64,000 nt of DNA from IMG/VR virus record IMGVR_UViG_3300028844_006787; one strand, given 5' to 3'. Below, in pieces: positions 19,187 to 28,589 of the stretch. Position 1 is the first letter of the stretch. Each line of letters begins with the position of its first letter. Under the pieces are notes generated by a model. The model ran no database searches, was not told where the DNA came from, and saw nothing but the letters and a program-made list of their open reading frames with translations. The translations under genes were made by a program, and so were the position numbers. The DNA is from a virus (lineage: Duplodnaviria; Caudoviricetes).

Positions 19187-21202
19187 ATGAATAGCACCCA
19201 CATAAAAGAAGCAAATGTTGAACAAGATTTGTATTATATTGGTATTGCAGAAAAAGCATACGATATTGTGGTACGATTTCTAAGCAAAAATAAAAACAAA
19301 ATTGAAGGAGAGGGTGAAACTGGTATAGTTAATAAACCATTTATACCACTTACACAATGGAAAGGTGTTGCTCTTAGAGGAACAGACATAGATAAAAACT
19401 TTCCGTCTTTAAGTGAGGTAGTATTATTTTTCATTCCAACGAAAAGTACATCACGGGGTGGTCAAACAATCGCAGGTGGATTTTCTAATAAGAATTTAAA
19501 AGTTGGTGGTATTCCATTTAAAGGTGTGCTTGTAAATACCAATTTAATTGGACCTTACAATAGCAAGTATATGGATACTCGTCTTGATAAGAATACATTT
19601 ATACACGAATATATACACTTCTTGGATCATTTAAGGTATCGTGATCGTGGTTTAGCAAAAACAAGTGCTAAGTATTTAGATTCCGATGATATAGAAGGAT
19701 ACTACAATACACCAGAAGAATTTAACGCATATTATCAAGAAGGACAAAGTCAGATTGTTCGTATATGGAAAAATCTACCGAACGACTTTAAACAGAAACA
19801 CTCAAAAGATTTCAAAGCATTTCAAGATTGGGCAACGGATATAAATTTCTTTGATCGTGACTTTCTAACACACATCAATAAAAAGTATTTAAAGAAATTC
19901 AAGAAACGATTAGCAGGTTTATATATGTATATACAAAAAGGTAAGTTGTCGGAAATCATTTCAGAAAGCAAAGTGAAGGTTGATAGCAATGCAATCAAGA
20001 AGTGGGCAAAGGATTTAAGAGTTCTTACCAAAGCATATAAGCAAATTGGTGGTAATAGTGAAGACCCCAAAACAATACAAGACTTCAAAAAAGTAAGAAG
20101 AGCATTTGGTACATTCCAAGAAAACTTTGAACAATGGGTTTACAAATTCTTTTTGCAGTATAAACATACAGGTGCGAATGGTAAGAAGATGGAATCCTGG
20201 GAAGAAAAAGAAGTTCGTGAAAAATGCTGGAGAGCAGTTACAAGTCTAGGTGGTAACTTTCCAGAGATGTGGGACTTTCAAACTAAAAAGCATCGTGTAA
20301 GTCCACAAATACTTGCAAGAGAACGAGAAAAGAATATTAGAAGGTATCGTGCAGAATTTCGTGAAGGAATCAAAGCACTTCTTCAGTACATCGCAATAGA
20401 AGGTGACCAAGAACGAGAAAAACCAATTGAACAAGCACAAATAGGACCCGTTAAGTTGGTTATTCACAACTTCAAAAGAAAAGGTGGAACTCCTCAAGGT
20501 GAAGCAAGTCGTGAAAAAAGTTTTAAGGATTTAGTGAATGGAATTAAAAGTTGGTCAAAGAAAATTCAAAAAGCAGGATTCGGAAAATGTATAGAAGGAT
20601 TAACCGTTGATTTAGATTTTGGATTAACATCAGATAATAGTGGTGATATGGTCAATGGTGAATATTATATGAACAAAGATATGCTAAAGTTGTATGGATG
20701 TGGAATGACTCAAGATACGTTCACACATGAACTTGGTCATCGTTTTTGGTATCGCAATGTTCCATCTAATGCAAAGAAGCATTGGCAAGATACAATTAAA
20801 AGCAAGAAGGTTTCTATTGAAAGAGTAGATGTAGAAAACTTTGTAAAAAAATACTTTGACAAACATGGTAGTAAGTTATACAAACGAAGAGCAGGATTAA
20901 AAGTTATCGACAAAAAAGAAGATAATGTAGAAACCAAAGCAAAATATAAAGTTCTACAAATGACACCCGTATATTCTACTAATAATCGCTCAGAAGTAAT
21001 AACTAAATTAGCAGATAGATGGGTTGGTCCAGGTAAAGAAATACCAATAGAGCATATTACTACATACGGAAACACAAACGCAGAAGAAGCATTTGCAGAA
21101 GCATTTAAACTATATATAATAAGAGGACCTGGTAAACTCGGTGAGTGGACTCGTTGGTTTTTTAGGGAAATCGTAAGAACAGGTGGAGCAACACTAAAGT
21201 AA
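19187..21202 (+). CDS. Large protein with two zincin (HExxH) metallopeptidase-like domains
   Basis: FIHEYIHFLD...EEFNAY and FTHELGHRFW...TTYG..NAEEAFAEAF; TATTTATA 4 nt before ATG. Confidence 0.75.
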   Translation: MNSTHIKEANVEQDLYYIGIAEKAYDIVVRFLSKNKNKIEGEGETGIVNKPFIPLTQWKGVALRGTDIDKNFPSLSEVVLFFIPTKSTSRGGQTIAGGFSNKNLKVGGIPFKGVLVNTNLIGPYNSKYMDTRLDKNTFIHEYIHFLDHLRYRDRGLAKTSAKYLDSDDIEGYYNTPEEFNAYYQEGQSQIVRIWKNLPNDFKQKHSKDFKAFQDWATDINFFDRDFLTHINKKYLKKFKKRLAGLYMYIQKGKLSEIISESKVKVDSNAIKKWAKDLRVLTKAYKQIGGNSEDPKTIQDFKKVRRAFGTFQENFEQWVYKFFLQYKHTGANGKKMESWEEKEVREKCWRAVTSLGGNFPEMWDFQTKKHRVSPQILAREREKNIRRYRAEFREGIKALLQYIAIEGDQEREKPIEQAQIGPVKLVIHNFKRKGGTPQGEASREKSFKDLVNGIKSWSKKIQKAGFGKCIEGLTVDLDFGLTSDNSGDMVNGEYYMNKDMLKLYGCGMTQDTFTHELGHRFWYRNVPSNAKKHWQDTIKSKKVSIERVDVENFVKKYFDKHGSKLYKRRAGLKVIDKKEDNVETKAKYKVLQMTPVYSTNNRSEVITKLADRWVGPGKEIPIEHITTYGNTNAEEAFAEAFKLYIIRGPGKLGEWTRWFFREIVRTGGATLK

Positions 21203-21203
21203 C

Positions 21204-21578
21204 ATGAAAAATATAAAACAAATAAACGAAATAGAATTAAACAAAGACAATGTTTACGAATTTATTAAATTTGCTAAAGAATCATTGGAACTAAAAGAGA
21301 AAGTAAATGTTAAATTATTAACACAACGTGATGAGCATATGACAGCTGCTTGCTATAATCCATCTACAAATGAAATTTCTATATATACAAAAGGCAGAGC
21401 ATTTGCAGATGTATGTCGTAGTCTTGCCCATGAAATGGTTCATCAAAAACAAAATGAACTAGGATTACTAGAAGCAGATAGTGGTAACACAGGAAGTGAT
21501 ATAGAGAATGAGGCAAATGCTTGTGCAGGTATTCTTATGAGAAACTTCGGAAATATAGTAGAAAATTTATATGATTAA
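21204..21578 (+). CDS. Small zincin-like metallopeptidase
   Basis: RSLAHEMVHQKQ...IENEANA. Confidence 0.8.
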   Translation: MKNIKQINEIELNKDNVYEFIKFAKESLELKEKVNVKLLTQRDEHMTAACYNPSTNEISIYTKGRAFADVCRSLAHEMVHQKQNELGLLEADSGNTGSDIENEANACAGILMRNFGNIVENLYD

Positions 21579-21611
21579 TAATTTTGGTTTTTTATATAAA
21601 TATATATACCA

Positions 21612-21971
21612 ATGAACGTCATACAATATTTTTCAAAACCTGCATTGGTAGGATATTTACAAAGTCATAATATAACGAAAGTAATTGCGGATCCTGAACT
21701 AGAAAGTAAATTAGATGATTTAGGAATTGAGGTCACATACTATTCATCAGAGGAAGTATCAAAGAAACACAATGATGAGTTAAGTAAAAAGAAAGGTGTA
21801 GCAAGAGGTGAATCACCAATCACACCTGCACAAGCACTTAAAACAAAGTTAGAAGACGATTCGATAACAGACTATTCATCGGCAGTAAAAATTACAAATA
21901 AATCAGTTAAATTTGCAGGAGTAGACTCAGAGACTCCTAATATACATAAAATAGTTTACAGTGGAAGTTAA
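21612..21971 (+). CDS. Hypothetical protein
   Basis: 119 aa ORF. Confidence 0.65.
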   Translation: MNVIQYFSKPALVGYLQSHNITKVIADPELESKLDDLGIEVTYYSSEEVSKKHNDELSKKKGVARGESPITPAQALKTKLEDDSITDYSSAVKITNKSVKFAGVDSETPNIHKIVYSGS

Positions 21972-22441
21972 TTACTTCCACGTTCGTTTGCCATTCTTCT
22001 AATTAAAGTTTCAAACAAATTCCACTTAGAACTTGTTATTTTATTTATATTAGAAACTTTCCAAACACTAATATCAAAATTATTCACTAGATATTTTGGA
22101 ATTCTAGTTGGTTTAGTATTTGATGTAATATATACAATTTGACCACCCTGTTCAATTTCTTCATCAGATAGTTGTTGGTAATGATGTAAATAGCAATCAG
22201 AAGTAATTACCTTGTCATATATTCTATCCATTACCATATCATTCGCAAGCATTTCCTCAATGTGAGGTGCATTGGAGTTTTTTAGTGACCTAGAACGACC
22301 ATTCTTTTTTCTTGTGTCACTTTTATATCCATATCCTGAATTCCAGTTACGATAACCAAACGTTAAATAATTAAAAAATGCTTCACAATACTTTGAATAT
22401 TGTTGTACTTCTGGGCATATAAAATAAATAAAAGGACTCAT
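21968..22441 (-). CDS. Hypothetical protein
   Basis: 157 aa ORF, convergent with upstream gene. Confidence 0.6.
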   Translation of the reverse strand: MSPFIYFICPEVQQYSKYCEAFFNYLTFGYRNWNSGYGYKSDTRKKNGRSRSLKNSNAPHIEEMLANDMVMDRIYDKVITSDCYLHHYQQLSDEEIEQGGQIVYITSNTKPTRIPKYLVNNFDISVWKVSNINKITSSKWNLFETLIRRMANERGSN

Positions 22442-22500
22442 CTCACCATATAATGTTTAATGTATAACCTTTTATTTAAAGATAAATATAATATATATTT

Positions 22501-22950
22501 TTATTTACTCTTGGATTTCTTTTTCTTTTCTAAATTCTCTCCGGCCGCAACTCTTCTTCTAAGTGCAGAACTACTATAATCATGCTTACGGGAATTATAC
22601 ATCACTTTATCTAAATGACCAGGTAAGTCGTGACCGGTAAATGGTTTGTCTTTCCAATCGTCTCCAACAAAACGAACATCGTAATCAATGCCCTTGAGTA
22701 TCTCAATTAAGTCTGACTCTGTCTCGTATGGAATGATTTCGTCAACGAACTTACTTCCACGAAGTTGTATATATCTTTCTACAACTGATTGAACTGGTTT
22801 GTTTTTATCGGGTCTATCTAATTGTGGGTTAGTATGCAATCCTACAATTAAATAATCACAATGACGTTTACAATCTTCCATCATAAGCACATGACCCGCA
22901 TGAAATACGTCCATTGCTCCACAAGTAAATCCTTTAATTATTTTTTCCAT
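22501..22950 (-). CDS. Cytidylyltransferase (TagD/glycerol-3-phosphate cytidylyltransferase-like)
   Basis: GAMDVFHAGH, LIVGL, VGDDW, YSSSALR. Confidence 0.9.
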   Translation of the reverse strand: MEKIIKGFTCGAMDVFHAGHVLMMEDCKRHCDYLIVGLHTNPQLDRPDKNKPVQSVVERYIQLRGSKFVDEIIPYETESDLIEILKGIDYDVRFVGDDWKDKPFTGHDLPGHLDKVMYNSRKHDYSSSALRRRVAAGENLEKKKKSKSK

Positions 22951-22962
22951 TATAGTAAGTTT

Positions 22963-23661
22963 TTAAATTTCTTTGAGTAATTTTTGAGTATGTTTCCAGT
23001 CGTCAACTTGAAACACTTTATCTGGATTACTTAAAACTTTAGCAATTGGATAATCGTTTCCACCTTCCATAGTTTTATCTCCGTAAAAATAAATTCTACC
23101 TTTTAACTTATTTCTAATTTGAGATTTATTTTTTCCTTTCTCGTGGATGTCTATGCTAATTTGACCACCAGCACTACTTTCAAGTTCAGGAAATTCTTCG
23201 TTTAATATGTTACACATTATTTCTCTTTCTTTAGAAATTTTATCGTATTCATAGTATGCTTCTCGTTGTTCTTGTGTACAATCACGACCAATTACACTTA
23301 TATTCAATAAACCCATACGAGTTTCTAGGTGATTACCGGCACGAATTTCATATTTAGATGCTTCAATCAATTCTTTACACCTTTCGAGTAATTTATCATC
23401 AGGTTCCCATGAACTTTTCTCAATAAGTTTACCTTTTCTAAAAATTACATTACCACCACATTGATGTGATTCGGTTACATTTTTCCAAATATTCCGACCA
23501 ACCTGTTCTATGGTTTTATCGTGGTCGGAACCCGTGAGAAGATAAACATTTTTATCTTTTATCCAATTTAAAAAAAACTTTTGGAATTCTTGATCCATAG
23601 TAAGTCTACTTGGAGTAAGAGTTCCATCAACATCAAATACATAATTAGTTAATCTAGCCAT
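22963..23661 (-). CDS. HAD-IIB phosphomannomutase (eukaryotic PMM type)
   Basis: FDVDGTLTPSR, TGSD, GGQISID, FYGDKTMEGGNDYPI. Confidence 0.9.
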   Translation of the reverse strand: MARLTNYVFDVDGTLTPSRLTMDQEFQKFFLNWIKDKNVYLLTGSDHDKTIEQVGRNIWKNVTESHQCGGNVIFRKGKLIEKSSWEPDDKLLERCKELIEASKYEIRAGNHLETRMGLLNISVIGRDCTQEQREAYYEYDKISKEREIMCNILNEEFPELESSAGGQISIDIHEKGKNKSQIRNKLKGRIYFYGDKTMEGGNDYPIAKVLSNPDKVFQVDDWKHTQKLLKEI

Positions 23662-23837
23662 GGTTTGTTTAATATCTCATCCTTTTCTTTTTCATTTAAC
23701 ATATTAAATAAAAATTTAATTTCATTTATTATACACCTAGAATCAAGATGCTTGTTGTCATCAAATCCTTCTCTGCGTTTATGTCTCAATTCGTATGCAC
23801 GGTTTTTAATACGTTCTACTACTACTTCATTTCCCAT
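23649..23837 (-). CDS. Hypothetical protein
   Basis: Start moved to ATG 23837, 4 nt after TATTTATA. Confidence 0.6.
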   Translation of the reverse strand: MGNEVVVERIKNRAYELRHKRREGFDDNKHLDSRCIINEIKFLFNMLNEKEKDEILNKPWLD

Positions 23838-23871
23838 GTAATATAAATATAAAAATAAGTTTTTATAAAAC

Positions 23872-23901
23872 AAAAAAGGTGAAAGTTTCCTTCCACCTTT
23901 T
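23872..23901 (-). terminator. Intrinsic terminator after dnaK
   Basis: AAAAGGTG...CACCTTTT stem flanked by A/T runs. Confidence 0.75.
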
Positions 23902-23926
23902 AAGTAAAAAGTAATATATTTAATTA

Positions 23927-25849
23927 CTATTTAGATTCTTGCTTTTCGTCTTCGTCAACAACTTCAAAATCAGCATCAACTGTATTATCAGATTTTTCTG
24001 ATGTCTCCTCTGAATGTTGTTCTTCTTCAGGTGGTGTCATGTATTGAGAAAGTGACTGAAGTTTTTCAATCATATTCTTTGACAACTCTTCTAAATCTTC
24101 TTTACTTGAATTCGCATCATTTAATTTTGACTTAGATTCAGTTAAAAACTCAGATATACTTTTTGATTCTTCTTCTGGTATTTTCTCTTTGTTTTCTTCA
24201 AGTGATTTTTCAATTTGAAATACAAGTGCTTCAATTTGGTTCTTTTGTTCGATAAGTTCTTTCTTTTGTTTGTCTTCTTCTGCATACTTTTCAGCATCTG
24301 CTTTCATTTTTTCAACTTCTGCTTCATCAAGTCCACTTGAATCACTAATTGTAATCTTTTGGTCTTTACCTGTACCCTTATCAGTTGCAGATACATTAAG
24401 AATACCATTTGCATCAATATCAAAAGTAACTTCAATTTGTGGTGTCCCACGGGGTGCAGGAGCAATTCCGTCTAGTTTAAAGTTACCAAGTTTTTTATTG
24501 TCGGCAGACATTGCTCGTTCTCCTTGAAGAATCACAATATCAACACCAGGTTGATTATCACTTGCCGTTGTAAAAATTTGCGACTTCTTTGTAGGAATTG
24601 TAGTATTGCGTTCTATCATGGGTGTAGAGACTCCTCCTTGCGTTTCGATTCCAAGTGATAGTGGAGTTACATCTAGCAACAAAACATCACTCACTCCCTC
24701 GTCTCCAGACAATATAGCACCTTGTACAGAAGCTCCGAGAGCAACTACTTCATCTGGATTAACTCCTTGGTGTGGGTCTTTACCACCCGCAAGTTCTTTT
24801 GCTAACTCAACAACTCTAGGACTGCGAGTCATTCCTCCCACAAGAACGAGATTATTAACATCACTCATAGTGATACCAGCATCATCAAGGCACTTTTCAA
24901 ATGGTTCTTTTGTTCTTTGATATAATGTATCACAAATTTGTTCAAACTTACTACGAGTAATGTTTAAATTAAGGTGTTGAGGTCCATCTGCATTCGCAGT
25001 AATAAACGGAAGATTAATATCGGTGGAAGAACTAGATGATAATGCAATCTTTGCCTTTTCCACCTCTTCTTTGATTCGTTGTATAGCTTGGTTATCGGTA
25101 GTAATATCAATACCACTATCTTTTTTAAACTCAGCAACAACATAATCAATCAATGCTTCGTCCCAGTTGTCACCACCCAGTTGTGTATCACCATTGGTAG
25201 ACTTAACTTCAAATACTCCGTCTCCTATTTCAAGAATAGATACATCATAAGTACCACCACCGAGATCATATACCGCAATAGTTTCTTCACTTTTCTTTTC
25301 TAATCCATAAGCAAGAGAAGCAGCTGTTGGTTCATTAACGATACGCAACACCTCAAGACCTGCAATTTCACCTGCGGTTTTGGTTGCTTGTCGTTGAGAA
25401 TCATTGAAGTAAGCAGGTACGGTAATAACTGCTTGTTTTACATCTTCTCCCAAATATGCTTCTGCGTCTGCTTTTAGTTTACCAAGAATAATACTAGAAA
25501 TATATTCAGGTGCATATTCCTTTTCTTCACCATTGTCGGTTACTTTTATATATGCATCTCCGTTTTTTCCAGAAACTACTTTATATGGTAAATTCTTTAC
25601 CTCGTTCTTGATTTCTTTGTATTTTCTTCCAACAAGACGTTTCGCAGAAAAAATTGTATTCTCTGGATTAGTTATTGCTTGTCTTTTTGCAGATTGTCCT
25701 ACAAGACGTTCACCGTTTTTTGAAAAAGCAACAATGCTTGGTGTGGTACGTGAACCTTCAGAATTTGTTATTACTTTTGGTTCACCTGCTTCTACTACAG
25801 CTACACAGCTGTTAGACGTTCCTAAATCAATGCCAATTACTTTAGCCAT
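23927..25849 (-). CDS. dnaK: Chaperone DnaK (Hsp70)
   Basis: [43 protein letters not shown]; full length. Confidence 0.99.
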   Translation of the reverse strand: MAKVIGIDLGTSNSCVAVVEAGEPKVITNSEGSRTTPSIVAFSKNGERLVGQSAKRQAITNPENTIFSAKRLVGRKYKEIKNEVKNLPYKVVSGKNGDAYIKVTDNGEEKEYAPEYISSIILGKLKADAEAYLGEDVKQAVITVPAYFNDSQRQATKTAGEIAGLEVLRIVNEPTAASLAYGLEKKSEETIAVYDLGGGTYDVSILEIGDGVFEVKSTNGDTQLGGDNWDEALIDYVVAEFKKDSGIDITTDNQAIQRIKEEVEKAKIALSSSSSTDINLPFITANADGPQHLNLNITRSKFEQICDTLYQRTKEPFEKCLDDAGITMSDVNNLVLVGGMTRSPRVVELAKELAGGKDPHQGVNPDEVVALGASVQGAILSGDEGVSDVLLLDVTPLSLGIETQGGVSTPMIERNTTIPTKKSQIFTTASDNQPGVDIVILQGERAMSADNKKLGNFKLDGIAPAPRGTPQIEVTFDIDANGILNVSATDKGTGKDQKITISDSSGLDEAEVEKMKADAEKYAEEDKQKKELIEQKNQIEALVFQIEKSLEENKEKIPEEESKSISEFLTESKSKLNDANSSKEDLEELSKNMIEKLQSLSQYMTPPEEEQHSEETSEKSDNTVDADFEVVDEDEKQESK

Positions 25850-25884
25850 TTTTATGTACTCCTTTTATTTTTATGTTAATTTTT

Positions 25885-25930
25885 TTGAATCTCGTTTGAG
25901 CATTCAAGATAATCTCATTTGAGCATTATC
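25885..25930 (-). promoter_or_regulatory. Tandem bulged-G RNA hairpins in dnaK 5' leader
   Basis: GATAAT-G-CTC-AAAT-GAG-ATTATC directly followed by TTGAAT-G-CTC-AAAC-GAG-ATTCAA. Confidence 0.7.
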
Positions 25931-25957
25931 ATTATATAAATATAATGTAAAACTTTT

Positions 25958-26899
25958 TTATTCTCCTTCTTTTCCATCACAGGGTCCACCTTTTTTACTA
26001 GCAAACTCGCACCAACGACAATTTTTTTTGTTTTTACCAGGTGTTTTTGGAAACGGATTATCTAAATTATATTCACCACTTTTGGTAAACGATTCATTTA
26101 AAAATGAATTGAAACTACTCCATGCTTCTTTGCTACTCATTGTACCATGTGGTGGAATAAAACGTTGAATTCTATCACCAGCAAATGGTTCATCTTCATT
26201 GTGCTTGCGTTTAAGAATAATAAACTCAACTTCAATTTTATCTAAAGGTACATTGAATTCTTTTGCATAGAAAACTTTATATAAAAGTAATTGATGAGTT
26301 TTACTTTCATCTGCCTTTTGCCATTTATTCCATCCACGTGTAGATGTTTTCAAGTCAATAATCTTATACTTTTGATTGATTTTATCAAATAAAACAACAT
26401 CAAGAAATCCAATATAACCAATATTATTTTTTACTTCCAAATCAATAGATGTTTCTATACCAGATAATGAATAACGAGTTTTAGAGAAAAATTTGTGACG
26501 AACTTCTTCCGAAAGCAAGTAATCCAATATTTGATTGCCATCATCAATAAACTCATCAAAAGTTTCATCGTCCATACAACGTTTACCATCAATAAGATTC
26601 TCTGACTTGTCTGCAAGTTCAGTCATTACTTGAAGAAGTCGTTCTTTCCAATTAATTGAATTTACATCAAGGTGTGGTTGATTATATAACATTTCAAGAT
26701 AATCTTGAATAGTTTCGTGCATAGAAGTACCAAATACTAAATGTATATTAGCTTCCTTTTTGCGAAGATTATCAATATATGCAAGTTTCCAACTACGAGG
26801 ACACTTGTAATACATTGAGTATTGAGAAAAACTTACGTACTTGTTGTACTTTTTTTCTTTAATTTGTTTCTTTTCACCTGCTTCTGCTACTTGTGTCAT
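25958..26899 (-). CDS. PD-(D/E)XK exonuclease (RecB/Cas4-like)
   Basis: SFSQ..Y.KCP, FGTSMHE, GFLDVV, IIDLKTS, QLLLY, C-terminal CRWCEF...C. Confidence 0.9.
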   Translation of the reverse strand: MTQVAEAGEKKQIKEKKYNKYVSFSQYSMYYKCPRSWKLAYIDNLRKKEANIHLVFGTSMHETIQDYLEMLYNQPHLDVNSINWKERLLQVMTELADKSENLIDGKRCMDDETFDEFIDDGNQILDYLLSEEVRHKFFSKTRYSLSGIETSIDLEVKNNIGYIGFLDVVLFDKINQKYKIIDLKTSTRGWNKWQKADESKTHQLLLYKVFYAKEFNVPLDKIEVEFIILKRKHNEDEPFAGDRIQRFIPPHGTMSSKEAWSSFNSFLNESFTKSGEYNLDNPFPKTPGKNKKNCRWCEFASKKGGPCDGKEGE

Positions 26900-26901
26900 A
26901 A

Positions 26902-27186
26902 TTAATCACTACCGTCTTTATTATTACTAACTTCGTAAATATTGCAACGAAGTGAAGTTTCACCCCTAAATACACCCATGTCAATTTCATCTCGTAAACT
27001 TTCGTATAATTCACGTTCATCATAACCAAAGTGACCTAAATCTGCTAGATGAGTAAGATATTGTTCATATGTCATATTAAACTTACGTGGCAATAGATTC
27101 TTTATGTAACTAATTAACTCGGATTGTGAGGAAAATAATTTTACAGGAGAACCTTTCAATGTTGAATCTTTTAAATAAAACTTCAT
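26902..27186 (-). CDS. Hypothetical protein
   Basis: 94 aa behind TTGACT promoter (~27218). Confidence 0.7.
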   Translation of the reverse strand: MKFYLKDSTLKGSPVKLFSSQSELISYIKNLLPRKFNMTYEQYLTHLADLGHFGYDERELYESLRDEIDMGVFRGETSLRCNIYEVSNNKDGSD

Positions 27187-27241
27187 GTATGAATATTAAT
27201 AAAAATTTATAATAAAGTCAAGGTATAAAATATTTATAGAC

Positions 27242-28576
27242 ATGAAGTCTTATATTGATTCGGTGATAAACGGAGTGGAGAGAGTAGACAGACATCAACT
27301 AGAATTTAGACAAGCTATAGTTGAAGTATTAGAAACACTAAAACCACTATTAAAAAGTAACTCTATTTACAAAGAACATTCTATATTAGAAAGAATTGTA
27401 GAACCAGAAAGAATAATCTGCTTCCGTGTTCCTTGGTATGATGATAACAATAAAATACAAGTGAATCGTGGATTTCGTGTACAATTTAATAGTGCAATTG
27501 GTCCATACAAAGGTGGTTTAAGATTTCATCCAAGTGTTAATTTGAGTATAATTAAGTTTCTTGGATTTGAACAAATTTTCAAAAATAGTTTAACAGGACT
27601 TCCAATGGGGGGAGCAAAGGGTGGAAGTGATTTTGATCCAAAAGGAAAAAGTGACAATGAGGTTATGCGATTCTGCCAAGCACTTATGTCCGAATTAAAT
27701 CGTCATATAGGACAATTTACAGATATTCCTGCAGGAGACATCGGTGTAGGTGCCCGAGAAGTCGGATATTTATTTGGATATTACAAAAAACTTAGAAATG
27801 AAGTAACAGGTACAATCACAGGAAAGGGTCTTGACTTTGGTGGAAGTTTAACAAGAACCGAGGCAACGGGATACGGATGTTGTTACTTTATGAGAGAAAT
27901 GTTAAATAAGATTAATACATCATTTGATGAAAAACGTGTGAGCATATCTGGATCAGGAAATGTAGCTTTATATGCAATGCAAAAAACAATTGAGTTGGGT
28001 GGAAAAGTTATTACGATGAGTGATTCATCGGGATATGTATTTAATCCAAAAGGTTTGAATTTTAATATAATGAAAGAGATTAAAGAAACCAAACGACTTA
28101 GAATATCAGAATATGCAAAGCAGGATAAAAACACAAAGTATATTGCGGGAGGAAACATTTGGGATTTATCGTGTGATATAGCAATGCCATGCGCTACCCA
28201 AAACGAACTTGAAAAGAAAGATGCGGAGTTGCTATCAAGAGGTGGTTTACTTGCAATTGCCGAAGGAGCAAATATGCCATGTACACCAGATGCAATTGAA
28301 GTGTTTACACATAATAAAATTCCGTTTGGACCAGGCAAGGCATCAAATGCAGGTGGAGTTGCGGTAAGTGGTCTTGAAATGTCTCAAAATAGCATTAGAT
28401 ATTCGTGGACATTTGACGAAGTAGATGAAAAACTACAAACAATAATGAAAAACATACACGACAAAGCATACGAAACCTCAGAGGTGTTTAATGACAAAGG
28501 AAATTATATTATGGGTGCTAATATTGCAGGATTCGAAAAAGTTGCAAACGCAATGATTTCACAGGGTCTTGTTTAG
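27242..28576 (+). CDS. gdhA: Glutamate dehydrogenase, NADP-type hexameric
   Basis: GPYKGGLRFHPSV, GGAKGGSDFDPKGKS, DIPAGDIGVG, ATGYG, SGSGNVA, NAGGVAVS. Confidence 0.97.
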   Translation: MKSYIDSVINGVERVDRHQLEFRQAIVEVLETLKPLLKSNSIYKEHSILERIVEPERIICFRVPWYDDNNKIQVNRGFRVQFNSAIGPYKGGLRFHPSVNLSIIKFLGFEQIFKNSLTGLPMGGAKGGSDFDPKGKSDNEVMRFCQALMSELNRHIGQFTDIPAGDIGVGAREVGYLFGYYKKLRNEVTGTITGKGLDFGGSLTRTEATGYGCCYFMREMLNKINTSFDEKRVSISGSGNVALYAMQKTIELGGKVITMSDSSGYVFNPKGLNFNIMKEIKETKRLRISEYAKQDKNTKYIAGGNIWDLSCDIAMPCATQNELEKKDAELLSRGGLLAIAEGANMPCTPDAIEVFTHNKIPFGPGKASNAGGVAVSGLEMSQNSIRYSWTFDEVDEKLQTIMKNIHDKAYETSEVFNDKGNYIMGANIAGFEKVANAMISQGLV

Positions 28577-28589
28577 TATATATGTATAT

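Noticed and set aside
25958-26899. Cas4 as evidence of a CRISPR-Cas system
   Set aside because: Stand-alone PD-(D/E)XK exonucleases are common in phages; no other cas gene or array in the window.
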